Shown here piece by piece: positions 52,314 through 64,000 of a DNA stretch of 64,000 nt. Every line of letters begins with the position of its first letter. Position 1 is the first letter of the stretch. The notes under the pieces were generated by a model. It was not told where the DNA came from. It ran no database searches and saw only the letters and a program-made list of their open reading frames with translations. The stretch comes from Paragordius varius (taxonomy: Eukaryota > Animalia > Nematomorpha), in the NCBI GenBank assembly GCA_964247055.1, contig OZ176055.1, positions 2,790,001 through 2,854,000 on the forward strand, read 5' to 3'. A program made the translations under genes and the position numbers.

Positions 52314-54019
52314 TAATTTAAAATTATGGTAAAAATAAAATAAAAGTCACATTCATCTCTAACTTAAAAAAAACTTTATCTAATTTACGATAATTTTATA
52401 TTAACCGAAGTAAATGATCTTAGCTTAAAATCTTGGAGCTTTTTAAAATAAAGGCTGCTATTAACAAAATTAATCAACAAAGGTTTTAGCATACATTAAC
52501 CTTATAAATTATGATCGAAGCATTCACTATAATTATAACATGTTAAAACTTGGTTAAACCCACAAAACGCCTTTTCTATAAAAATAAATATAGATATGGG
52601 AGTCTCATGTGGCATTTATAGTATTTTATGTACCTATAAAAATTAACAATACATGTTTAAAATTATTACCGTTTGGCCTATAATAGAGATTTAGTCAAAT
52701 ATTTTAATTATCCATGGCAAACATTGTCTAATATGTAGCGACAATACATATTTTTTAAAAAGGCTATATATTTGGTGTTGGTCAGTTATATATAATCACC
52801 GTTAAACTCTTCAACACTTTAAACTCAAACCCATGATGACTTTTGTATTCAAACATTTCAAATTCATACTAATTAATCATGAGTTTTGGACATAATAAGT
52901 TAGCTATCGAAATCACACATTTGTTTTTTTATATAATTTGCCATGTTTTTTGTTGATTCCAGTTTATTTTAAAATTTTTGAGTTTAAATATAAAATGATC
53001 TCTCTAGAGGCTTTAAATAATTATGTGAAAACTGAATAATGCAAATATTGATCTCAACTAAAATTTCCTTTTAGAATAAATCTTAAACTAGATATGATCA
53101 AAATCATTGAAGGACAAGTACAGTCGTCAAAGGTGTTATAAAGTTAAAAAAGTAATTAGATGGTTGGGGAAATAAAAAATTTAAAAGGTTTAAAGTGCTC
53201 GAGGGTGAATTTGAGTGTTACTGGTATATATTCATAGCGAACATTGACCACAAATTAAGAGCTGTCCCTTTACCTTTTTCCATAAAAATGAATGAATTAG
53301 ACAGTCTCAGGATCCAATTAAAAGCAGATTATTAGGTTAAAGATGTATTCTCAGAGTTTTTATTTATTTTTGATTGTAGACAACACAATTTAATGGTCAT
53401 AACGAATCTATAAATCGGTACGAAGAAAAATTGATTTTCTCAAATAATTAATTTCAAAATGCATTTTTATAGATCAATAATTTTTACAGTTAATAGTAAA
53501 TTAATTTTACCAGATATATCTGAAATTAACGTGGACCCGTATCAGTTTTGGACAATACTTTACCCATTTATATATAACTCCAACATTGGAATAACATAAT
53601 TAAATTAAAAATTTATTTTTTGGTTGCGATATCAAAATAAAAATCTTGTTTATAAATAAAAATGTTGAATTAGACGGCTAAAAATACTGAATATAAATAC
53701 TAAATAAGATAAATACAGTACATTGTAATTATAAATAACGTTCATCAAATGAAAAAAAATAATAAACATTTCGATAAATCCAATCGAAATAAAAATTTAA
53801 AAATATATTATGTCCCTCAATGAGTATTTAATCATTTTTAATAAAGGGTTCACAAAATTATACTTATATAAACACTAAAACTATGCTATTATTAGGGATG
53901 AGAGTGACAAAAACATTTTAAAATGACAAAATTGGGTATTTATAATAATTGAAGTATAAAGTGCTATTAACTAAATGCTAGTAATAAGAAAAATGGGGTC
54001 TTTATAGAAGCCAGTCCAT

Positions 54020-57000
54020 TTAGTATACGAGATTAGGAGCTTGGGAGGTCGGACTTGACATACTGGTTGTTAAACTTGCGTTTCTTGGCGATTTTCCTAA
54101 TGAATTTACTTCTTTAACGTGATCAACCTGCCATATTCCAAATTAAAGATAAAAAACTAAATGTGTCATTGATATTTGAAATTATTTAACGCATCATATC
54201 TAAAAAAATGAATATATAAAAATAATAAAATAATAGAATTTAATGCCTAAGCTACTGATATTAAAATACATGCTTATCAAGCGATATAAGTAATTAATAA
54301 TATTTTCTTAACAAATTAGTAATATATACCAATTTTCAGTAAAACCAACATTTTTCCAAACTAAATGCAACATTTATTTAATCAATCAAAATTTTTTTAA
54401 CCAAACGTAACATTATTTCAAGTAAAGACAACTAAAATTGCTTTTCGAAAAAATATCACGTTGGTTGAAAAAATGTAAACGTAACATTATTTTAAGTAAA
54501 GACAACTGAAAAAAATGCGTTTCGAAAAAAATATGGTTTTTGTTTGAAAAAATGTTGCTTTTGACTGAAAAACGGTATAATACAATACCAATAAAAAATA
54601 TTTGAACTAAAAGTGGCCAATTTGTTCTTTTTATATTATTAAATATATGTCTTTTCCTAAACTTGCGCAAAAAAATTAAAGTCGCTACCTAAAACAAATT
54701 TTATGTTCATGTAAATTAACCGATTTGAGCCAAAGATGTAATTTTGACAATTGAAATATAAATATAAATTTTATTTGGATTAAAAAATATTTGTCCAACT
54801 TACATGCTCTTTTATCTTAAGTTTAATACTAGCCAACATTTCTTCCCGATTCATTATGGCATTTTGCATTTTAATCTTCATTTTTGAGTCCATTTCTTGT
54901 CTCATTTCCTCATTCACTCGTTTAACTTCTTCTACTCGAGCCTCCTAAAGTATGATAGTAACTAAAAGATATAATACCTATACCTTTTTTAGAAATCTTT
55001 TTATCCCAATATTATTATTATTAATTAAGTATATTAAAATATATCTACTTATAATTAAAACAGTTTTTAGGCTTTTTCGTATTCAAATCTTTGATTTCAA
55101 TTTATTTGAATGAAATGTCTTAGGTAATAATGTGGGAATCACAATTTAGTTTAATTTTTATTTTAACTTATTTTGCAGCAGTATCCATATCATTTAAACG
55201 ATTTTGATAAATATTAGGCTAATATCTGTGGAAAGAAAAAGTAATTTATTTTTATTTAATATATATGTAAACCAACTTACATGTTCCTTTAATCGATCCA
55301 GGAGTCCATTAATAACCGATGAACGTTTTTCTTCCGCAGTCTTAATTTTCTTGTCAAGCTTTTCTTTAACCATTCGGCCAAAATTTTCGCTAGCTAGACA
55401 CACATCCATAACATGTTGCTCCTAAAATACGAAATAATGAAAATAAATTCGATTTACTTTATGAATCATTTTAAATTGTTTGAACACATATACTAATATA
55501 ACGAAGTAAAATTATAGCCTTTAAATCCACAAGAAAATATAAAAAGGGATAAAACATAAACATACATGCAAAATCAATTTTTCTTGGAGCGCTCGGAGCT
55601 GAGAAGCCCTCTTTTCCTCTTTTTCTTTCATGTTTTGCGAATGCCTATCTTTGGCACGCAAAGAAGCCTGTCGTTGAACCTGAGCCAATTCTTTGATCTT
55701 TTCCTCCTTAAGTTTCCATTGCTCCTTATATTGACTCTCTAGCGTCTGTGTCATTAAGATGGAATTCAGAAAAATAAAAAATGATTTTTTTTATTTATTT
55801 TATTAAAAAAAGCTTAGTACACACGATTATAGTTATCATAAAATTTAAGAACCATAATTACAAATTTTTCTCAGTTCATAAATTTCGTAATTAAATTAGA
55901 ACGCTTGAAATGCCTATGACACTTTGAAAATTTTATTATCTAATAAAACCTTTCTTTTATGCTCGGCAGATTTCAGTTTGTTTTCAATATCATCACGTGT
56001 TAGCCTGAAATTTATAAAAGATATAATATTAAATTGAGTATTTAAATTCTAAAAAGTAACGGATTATAATTCGAATATTGGCTAAAATAAAAAATATAAT
56101 TTGAATTTAACACTAGATTTTGAAAAGGTTAGATCTTAAATTAAGGTTTTTTTACTTTGGGCTACTTGCATTACATCCTTGCGTATAAGATTGAGACATG
56201 ATTTGAGAAACGTCTGCGTTAATTCTAACATTACAATCGTCTGCGGCCGATAACACGTGACAAGTTGAATTGGACATGTAATCTCGATTGTTAGTAGTTT
56301 CAGTCCAACTCAAGTCCTTTCGCACAACACATTTCGGGGATGTCGGTGGTGCTAAAATAAGATCAAAAGCAAGCGCTTTTCCACTCGCCGATGATTTAAA
56401 CTCTATTACGGTAAATTATAAAATAATTAATTTTATAGAATACGTAAAAATGTGGAATTACAAGGGTGAATTAAAGAAATTACAAATTAATGTATGGTTT
56501 GTTATGATGGATCAAGTCGAGGATGATAAATTTGTTCAAATTAAATAACCGCTTTTTATGGGCAAATGGATAATAGGTTTTTTATTTTAACCACAAAAAT
56601 TATATATATATTATCATAGCTATATGTTAAAAGCCATGTATATTGGTGTGGCTTTTACTAATATATTATTTTAATTATACAAATTATGTTTAGTTATTGG
56701 ATTTTTATGATAACTGATGTCTTAAGAACAGATGGGAATTCGTTTAAACATTGTTTTTAAAAAGACCATTCCTCACGTCTTATGACAACATGAGTCAGGT
56801 CAATTGTAGAGCACCTAAATATTAATTAATGAGGTATCAACATAAATATCAAAAATCCCAAATAAAATCTAAACAAAATGTAAGAATGTTTCAATTTATA
56901 TGATACATAATACGACTGTTAATCAAAGACAATATATATATTTCTGCCTAAAATTATAGGTAAATCATAATATGTATATACTTGAAAAAAAAATCAGTTA

Positions 57001-58777
57001 TTATTCTTTTCCAAAAAATATGAATAATTTATTCGCTAACAGGTTAAGGAACTTGAAACAGGAAAATTAGTTATTGAATATACTAACAATGAGACCTATT
57101 TCATCAATCTTGAGGACACTAATTAAATTTGTTTGATTTGATTAATTAAATTTTGAGTCAATGAATGGTGTTGGCTAATAACATAACATATTTATTTTTG
57201 AGAACTAACTGTTTAAATATGACATATAATCAATATTTTATAGCAAAACAAATTCATCATTTATTATAAGAAAAAGATGATGGAAACAAAAAGTTATTAA
57301 AAATCATTTTAATTTCATACTAAAATAAAAATTTGACTTGCTCTGCTGTCCTAGTTGACAGGAAGCATACATGTTGTAGTTTCTAATATTATCATTTGGC
57401 AAAATAGGTTTAGTTTGATTAAAATTCAATTATCATCGCATAAATGGAAGTGAAAATAGGCGGGGATAATTGGATTTTCATCATCTTCAAACTTTGTCAC
57501 TTATTATAGTTGTGAAGGTTTAGTTAGGCTCGTTTCATATTTTTTAATCCAAATATCTATTTTATTCATTTTTGGTTATGTAAGAAAGCAGAAACGTTCA
57601 GGTTATTCCAAAAACTAATGTATGTTAGGTGCTACCATAAATCAATCAATAAACCATTCACTCAGACATGCTATAAAAACATTTTTTTCAATCTCTATTT
57701 TCAACTTCATGCATTAAAAAGGAATAGTAAATAGGACCAAACCTATAATGAAAAAATCGAAAAATCTAAAAAATATCAAATTTCACCAAATTTTAACCAA
57801 AATAATTTCTACAATCCTCTATTGTCCCATATCAAAAGGTATTTAAAATTTCTAAACTTGCGTTTTTTAACATAAAGAGCCTTAACAAAATTAAATAGTT
57901 ACAGGTGACCGACATATTTGTGCGAGTTCTGAAAATAGGCACAAAAAAATTATAAAATATAAATCAATTAACTATATCAAATAAACCAAACAATAAATAA
58001 TTTATGCCTAAAACATATAAATTATTAATTTATATGTAGATGGATATATATATTGTATTACAGTGAAAAATTAATGGAACTAATGAAATTCTAACGCAAA
58101 AATTATATATTAATGTAATAATTTAAAACTGTTCGTTCCCTAAACAAAATAAGTCATAAATCTTTAAGTTATTTGTGCTTCTAATTTATTTTCATTACAA
58201 ATTTCCTTTTTTCTATGCATAGAATAAATGTTGGCCGTTATTTATAAAAAATTTTCCTATTTAAAACACATGTAAAATAATTTTTTTAATATACGAAAGA
58301 GTTTAATTGGCTATAAAGGTATTAATTTGTGCATAAAAAGCGATATTATACTGGCCTACATATATATCTTTTTGTATTAACTAATTGAAAAGCTCATTTA
58401 CCAATAATATGTCGCTTTGCAACAGTATCTATTATTTATTGCACTATTATAAAAATACAAGGTATTTTTCAGTTTAACCAGATATTTATTATTTAAAACA
58501 GCAACAGTTTAAAATTAAACGGTACATATTTTACTTTAAATTTTAGTTCTGGAAACAATCACCTTTTTTCTCAAAAAAAAGAACATAAGAAGTTTTACAA
58601 ATCCAGTATTTATAAAACATTAAAATTGTGATATTTGTCAAATTTAATTCTTATATGCATCACTAAAAAATTTGTTACGCGCAAGACATAATAAATTGTA
58701 AGATTATATACCTAACAAAATTGATAGCGTTCCAATACTTATCAATTTATAATATACACATATAAACGAAAAAATAG

Positions 58778-58830
<53 letters not shown>

Positions 58831-60660
58831 TTATATATATTAGTTGGTCCAAAAAGTTAACAATAGTATGGAATTGAATGAAATAGTGAAGAAATAGTGT
58901 GAGTTCGTAAGTAGAATAATAATTTACCAGGAGCCAGTTAGTTTCAATATATCAGGCTAATATAAAAAGGCAGTGATTGCCTCTAAAAGCAAGTTTCTTA
59001 CTTAGTTTGTGGAGATACATATTTTTGTATTAAGAGAAAAACTAAACTAAAGAAATCAATATTATATTAGCCAATGTTAGCATTAAATTGTTCAGATTTT
59101 ACATCTTATATAACAAAAAATCATAGTTAGTGTGTTAAATATTAATTACATATATATGTAAGTATATGGATTTAGTAGTAACTTAGAGTTTTTATGACAA
59201 ACAAATAATGATGGACTCATTTTTGTGGTGATTAGAAGAAACCAATTATGTTAATTTTGATAACAATCAGTGGCAGCTAGCAAACATAAGATTGCAATCA
59301 AGCATTCTTTTTATCAGGAGTAGACATCTTTTGTTTCGATAATATATATGTTTTGTTTTTTGTGTGTTGTAATATAGTTTTTTATAATTTACAGAAAAAT
59401 CTTATCTTCTAACAAATACTAGCAGCTAATATGCATAATAGAGGTCTCATTTTTAATTCATCTATATCTAGCTGGGTTTCTTAGCAACAACTTAAAAAAT
59501 TAAAAACATAGAGGCACTTACACTTGATAATATATTCAGTGTCTCGTACAAAAATGTATTCTATGATGACTTGACTTGCTTTACAAAAGATTTGTAGTAA
59601 ATGTATATAAATCTGAAATATTATAGTATTTACTTTAGGCTTATACCAAAAAAATACAATTAGTCTCAAATGTTAATGATCTATCCTAATATACCATATT
59701 TAATATGATGACTCAAATTTAAGCTCAGAATAAAATTTGAGGGCATTGTCCCTATTTATTAAAGACATAAATGACCGATGACCTTATTAAGCCAAAATGA
59801 AGTTTAGTTTGTATTGTTTAAAAACAAAACAATATATTTTAGAGACTATATGAAAATGTGAATAAGATATGGTAATTTTACACCCAAAAAGAACCGTTAC
59901 CATTAATTTTGATTCCAGCTTTTTGGAATGCCTCTAGCGTAGGATAATCAAAGAATCTCAAGAAAAAGGGCATTTTTTCGGTTGATGGATTTTTTATGTC
60001 CAGAGTTTGAGAGGAAGAAAGAGTAGATTTTGCATTATTATCTCTTTGGAACCGAGCGCTTTTTCCTTTTAACGTTGAAAAAGGGTGAGAATTCCAAACC
60101 TCTCTTGGTTCATACATAGATTGGGATATTAGTGGTAAAGAGCTGTCTTGTATTTTTTCGGGGCGTTCTTCATTGTTACAATTCTCAACGGTAGATGAGA
60201 GGTATAGGGATGTAATTTTATGTGGCGGGTCATTGGGGCTTTTAGTAGTCAATGATTTTTGGCCAAACGCCTTCTTTTGTCCGTTTTTTTCAGCCAATTT
60301 TGTAATTTGCTCAGGGTTAGAGCGAGTATTGGCAAAAATTTTGGGTTTACTATTGCTTACCCATTTGTCATCACAACAAGATTCAGATAAAAGTTTTATG
60401 CTTTCGGGATCGTTTTGAGTACTTAGGCCGGTAACATGGTTAGATTTAGACAAATTATTTGAAAATTTATTTTTTTGATCCCGTTTGGAGGCAATGGCAA
60501 ATCGATTAGTATTCTGTTCACAAAAGGAGGGATTGTAGGTAGGCGCAACCAGGCCTTCAGAACATTTTTCAAACGATGAAGTATCGCTACTTTGATTTAT
60601 AATACAGCATGATTTGTACAAAGGCAAAGCTAATGCCGTTTTAATATACTCAACTAACAT
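54020..60660 (-). CDS. Stathmin-family microtubule-destabilising protein, 7 exons, 543 aa
   Basis: Exons 60660-59901, 56402-56156, 56004-55950, 55745-55566, 55421-55281, 54944-54804, 54127-54020 (1632 nt; phases 1,2,0,0,0,0). GIKIN|EFKSSASGKALAFDLILAPPTSP aligns with the stathmin signature [40 protein letters not shown] aligns with SLEEIQKKLEAAEERRK; repeats end LKEH. The first exon is the least certain. Confidence 0.85.
58781..58824. repeat. (AT)22 microsatellite, the longest of many (AT)n tracts in the window
   Basis: Direct reading. Shorter tracts lie near 5040, 10325, 13820, 15170, 28900, 46195 and 50255. Confidence 0.95.
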
Positions 60661-61665
60661 GATTTCAAAGCGCAAGCGATAATGTTAATAAAATATAATG
60701 AAAAAAAACAGATTTCAGATGATACGATTGATTGGATTGATGATGTGATTTTGTATAATCCTCTATACACTGTTAATGCGTGTCCGTAAAAAATTAATAA
60801 TTAAAGAGGGTGCAAGAAATAAAAAACGTGACTTTGGACAAAAATCAAAATTAGGATATGCTCAGACGGAGAGTTTTTCACAAATAAATAGGCTTAACCT
60901 TTTGAACTCAATAGCAAGTTCAATTAATTTAAAAAAAAATTGTAAGAAAAATAAAAAAAATTTTAGTCAAAAATTAGTTTTAAACTAAATCCATCACCAT
61001 TGGTGTAGAAATATGCTAGTCGAAGACCGTTATATTTTATAAAACAAAATTTTGCTGCTGGAATATCCGTTAAAAACATGTAGCAACAATCTAAAAAAAT
61101 CTGTGAAATGGAAAGCAAAAACAAGCCTTGTTTCGTAGAAGGACACTACTATTTTGATTATTGTGCTATGTTTCGTTTAAAGCTATGAAACTACACTCTA
61201 TAATTAAAAAAATGCAGAGCTGAATATAAGCGTCCTTTTATAGTATTTGCTAGAAAGGCACTAAAAGGTGTTAAAAAGCTACTATCTATCGTTGGTATAT
61301 TATAAAAACCATATTATTTTTCTTAAAATTTTTTGCAATGCACAAAACAATGTTTTTTTTCAATAATATTGATTTTGGCAGACCATATATTTATATTATT
61401 TATTCAGTAAAAATGTGTAATTTTGAAAGTTACTGCAAAACGGTTGCGTTTTACTAGACTCCTCTATATAGAGAAGACAGGCCAATTTTAATTTGATTCT
61501 CAAGGATAAACGTATATATAACATAAATTTTAGCTCTTAATTAAGGTGTGATTTAAAAATATGTCTAGGCTATATCTTGAATTTAGATAGAATTCATAAT
61601 TTAAAAATTGATATTTGATATGATTTTTTTAGAAATTTAAGATATCAATAAGAGATTAATATATA

Positions 61666-61832
61666 CAGTAGCGTATGGCATAAAAAATTATCAGTCCATA
61701 AAAGAATAATTCTTTTTTTTAAAAAACAAGGGGATATTATGGATATGTGTATACAGCTAGGCTTGTTTTTTTGAAAGAAACATTTTTTTTATTCTTTTAT
61801 GGACTAATAATATTTTATGCCATACTCTACTG
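61666..61832. mobile_element. Palindromic MITE (167 bp, TA-flanked, Tc1/mariner-like ends)
   Basis: TA|CAGTAGCGTATGGCATAAAAAATTATCAGTCCATAAAAGAATAA ... TTATTCTTTTATGGACTAATAATATTTTATGCCATACTCTACTG|TA. The core also occurs at ~11500-11545. Confidence 0.8.
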
Positions 61833-62992
61833 TATATATATAAATACGAAGCTGAGAACTATTTTCTTGCTAATCTCCGATTAAAAATAATCTTTCTTGT
61901 TATAGTTTGGAAACAAATTAAAGGGGTGTCTTGATTCCCATCAAATTTTAACCAACATTTCAACTTAAAATATATTTTTTAATTATAACGTTTCTTTCAA
62001 TTAATTCATGTTGAATGTAAAAATCCTAAAATATAAAAAATATTGGTAAAAAATAAGTTATTTTATTAAAAGTAATATCATAATTAGAAATCTAATTTGC
62101 ATAATAGTATATCCAAAAAATATTCTCCACATAAATTTTTACTAATAATTTATTGGGTTTCGAGAGTCTGGGGTGAAGGGAAGACCAAAGTTCAAAATAA
62201 ACAGTAATGGAATTTTAATAAGGTTGCAAGATAATTTTTATGACTATAGTTTTTCGATAAGTAAAAAGTAATAAAGTTCATACATTTTATAAAAAAAAGA
62301 AAGGATAATAAATTGAAAGAATCCAAAATTTTTATAATTTATTTATGCTGTTAAAATAAAAAAATTTCAAGAAATTTCGATTTTAGCCTTAGTCTAGACA
62401 GAAAACATTTTTACCATAACAAATATATAATGTGACATAAGAAATCATATTAATAGAAATAAAAATATAAGTTGAAATCAAAAATTACCTTGTTTCATAG
62501 CTGATGTCATTGGTCGTGTAGTATTGTATAATAAACACACACAAAACAATAGAATTTAAAAATTTAAATCGTAACTAACACAACCACAAATGTATTTATT
62601 TAAATTATAAATAATAAAATTAAAACATAAAAACATTTATTTATTTATTATCTCATAAACATAAATTACAATAAAATATTATTTTATGTTACTTGAAACA
62701 TTACAATTGTGTTACACAATAAATAAACATAAATGTGTGAGATGGGGTATATAATTATAAAAGTATATAAATATTTTTTATGGATAAGTATTAAAAGCTA
62801 CTATGGTACAGTTATTGTTATCTAATAAACTAATTTAAGCAGGGGTCTCACCCCACAAAAAAAGAGGAGATAAAAGCTGATTAAAAAATGCAAAGGATAT
62901 AATATAAAAAATATTTAAAGCAATGATATAGGGTTAAATGTGTATATTTAAGGTATGAGACGAATGTAAAACGCGCATTTTATTTATCTAAA

Positions 62993-63133
62993 TTATTCTT
63001 CGCCAGAATAACTAACATCTCCATCTCCATTCACAACCGAATCCGATTTATTGGCTGAAGGACTTTTAGCATCCATTTCAGCTCGGATTTTGGAACGTGC
63101 TTCCTTCTTAAAATCCAATTTATAGGATTGAAT
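62993..63133 (-). CDS. Terminal exon of a probable tau/MAP2/MAP4-family microtubule-associated protein
   Basis: Acceptor ttttttatcag| is followed by IQSYKLDFKKEARSKIRAEMDAKSPSANKSDSVVNGDGDVSYSGEE*. The first 16 aa resemble MAP2 IESVKLDFKEKAQAKV and tau SEKLDFKDRVQSKI. No PGGG repeat exon was found inside the window. Confidence 0.5.
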   Translation of the reverse strand: MQSYKLDFKKEARSKIRAEMDAKSPSANKSDSVVNGDGDVSYSGEE

Positions 63134-64000
63134 CTGATAAAAAAATGCATTTAAACTAAATTTTGATATAGTTAAAACCACATTTTATCATGTACAAGGT
63201 ACAGCAAAAAAATCTTTTACGCTTTAAAATCATAACCGTCACCATCTACATAAAAATGCAAAAAATTATCTTTGTTCGACGTAAAACATATTTACCTAAT
63301 CTGCCCCATTATTACATAAAATATGATAGAAAAGGATATTTTTCACAAACAGAAATGGGTCAACTCATTTAATATTCAAAAGAAAAAGTAGATGATTAAA
63401 TAAAAAAGTTTAACAAAGAAAAATACGGTTTGATATGAATTTTAGAAAATAATTTTTAAACATTTTTCATTCGTGAAAAAAATGGGCTTAAAAGCTTTTG
63501 CATAGAGTTGTAAATTTCTATTTAAAGATTGAAATCTTACATTTATTTGCCCGTAACGCATTAGCCTAACAACTAAGAAGAGATTTTTTAAAAAATATAA
63601 ATTTAGTCACCCACTTTGATTTTTATTAAGGATATTTCTATAATTAATAAGATATTGATTTATAAATTAATTTGTTAATTTTTGCAACATGATGGTATTT
63701 CTAAAAATATAAAAAATACGGATCTGTTAAACAATACAAAAAGATTTAATAATAATAAAAAAAATTTATCTAATATTTCATATGTGCAATAATTTCCAAT
63801 TAATAATAAAAACACAATCTTTTCGTTTTTTATTAACTAATTACTGTATAATTCAATACAAAATGCTAGCATCTTAATTAATGCCAATTTACAGCAAAGG
63901 GCAATATTATTGGAAATATATTTTTGCATATTCTTTCGTTTAGCCAATAATATTTCGCTTTGCTGTAAACGTTATCTGGCAAGAGTCAATGAAAAACTAA

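Noticed and set aside
62993-63133. Possible fusion of the tau-like exon with the downstream stathmin gene
   Set aside because: The exon ends in a stop codon with no usable in-frame donor, and the stathmin model has its own ATG at 60660.

Overview
This is a very AT-rich (roughly a quarter G+C by eye), intron-containing animal genomic window, most likely from an invertebrate; the taxon cannot be fixed from the sequence. It is not prokaryotic, and no rRNA, tRNA or CRISPR array was seen. Spliced genes I could assemble by hand with consistent intron phases are: the last two exons of a GH35 beta-galactosidase (+), a complete 590-aa CYP3-clan cytochrome P450 (-), a complete but C-terminally short GPN1 GTPase (+) containing a 24-nt intron, an essential myosin light chain (-) with a probable 260-aa N-terminal extension exon, and a 543-aa stathmin-family protein (-) with four 47-aa repeats. 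The last exon of a probable tau/MAP2-family gene (-) lies at the right end. Two further genes missed or only partly captured by the ORF track are proposed at lower confidence: a 148-aa membrane protein and an FN3-like domain protein. Much of the rest is transposon-derived: a degenerate Charlie/SPIN hAT in a P450 intron, several hAT and TA-flanked MITE families, and a Blackjack-type hAT carrying an inverted internal copy of its own transposase. There is also a Penelope-like insertion with a minimal hammerhead ribozyme fold. One non-autonomous Helitron family appears in three architectures, one of which has expanded into a 5.8-kb higher-order tandem array with four 5' ends, a single 3' end and a nested MITE. 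All coordinates and alignments were read by eye; no database search was run.
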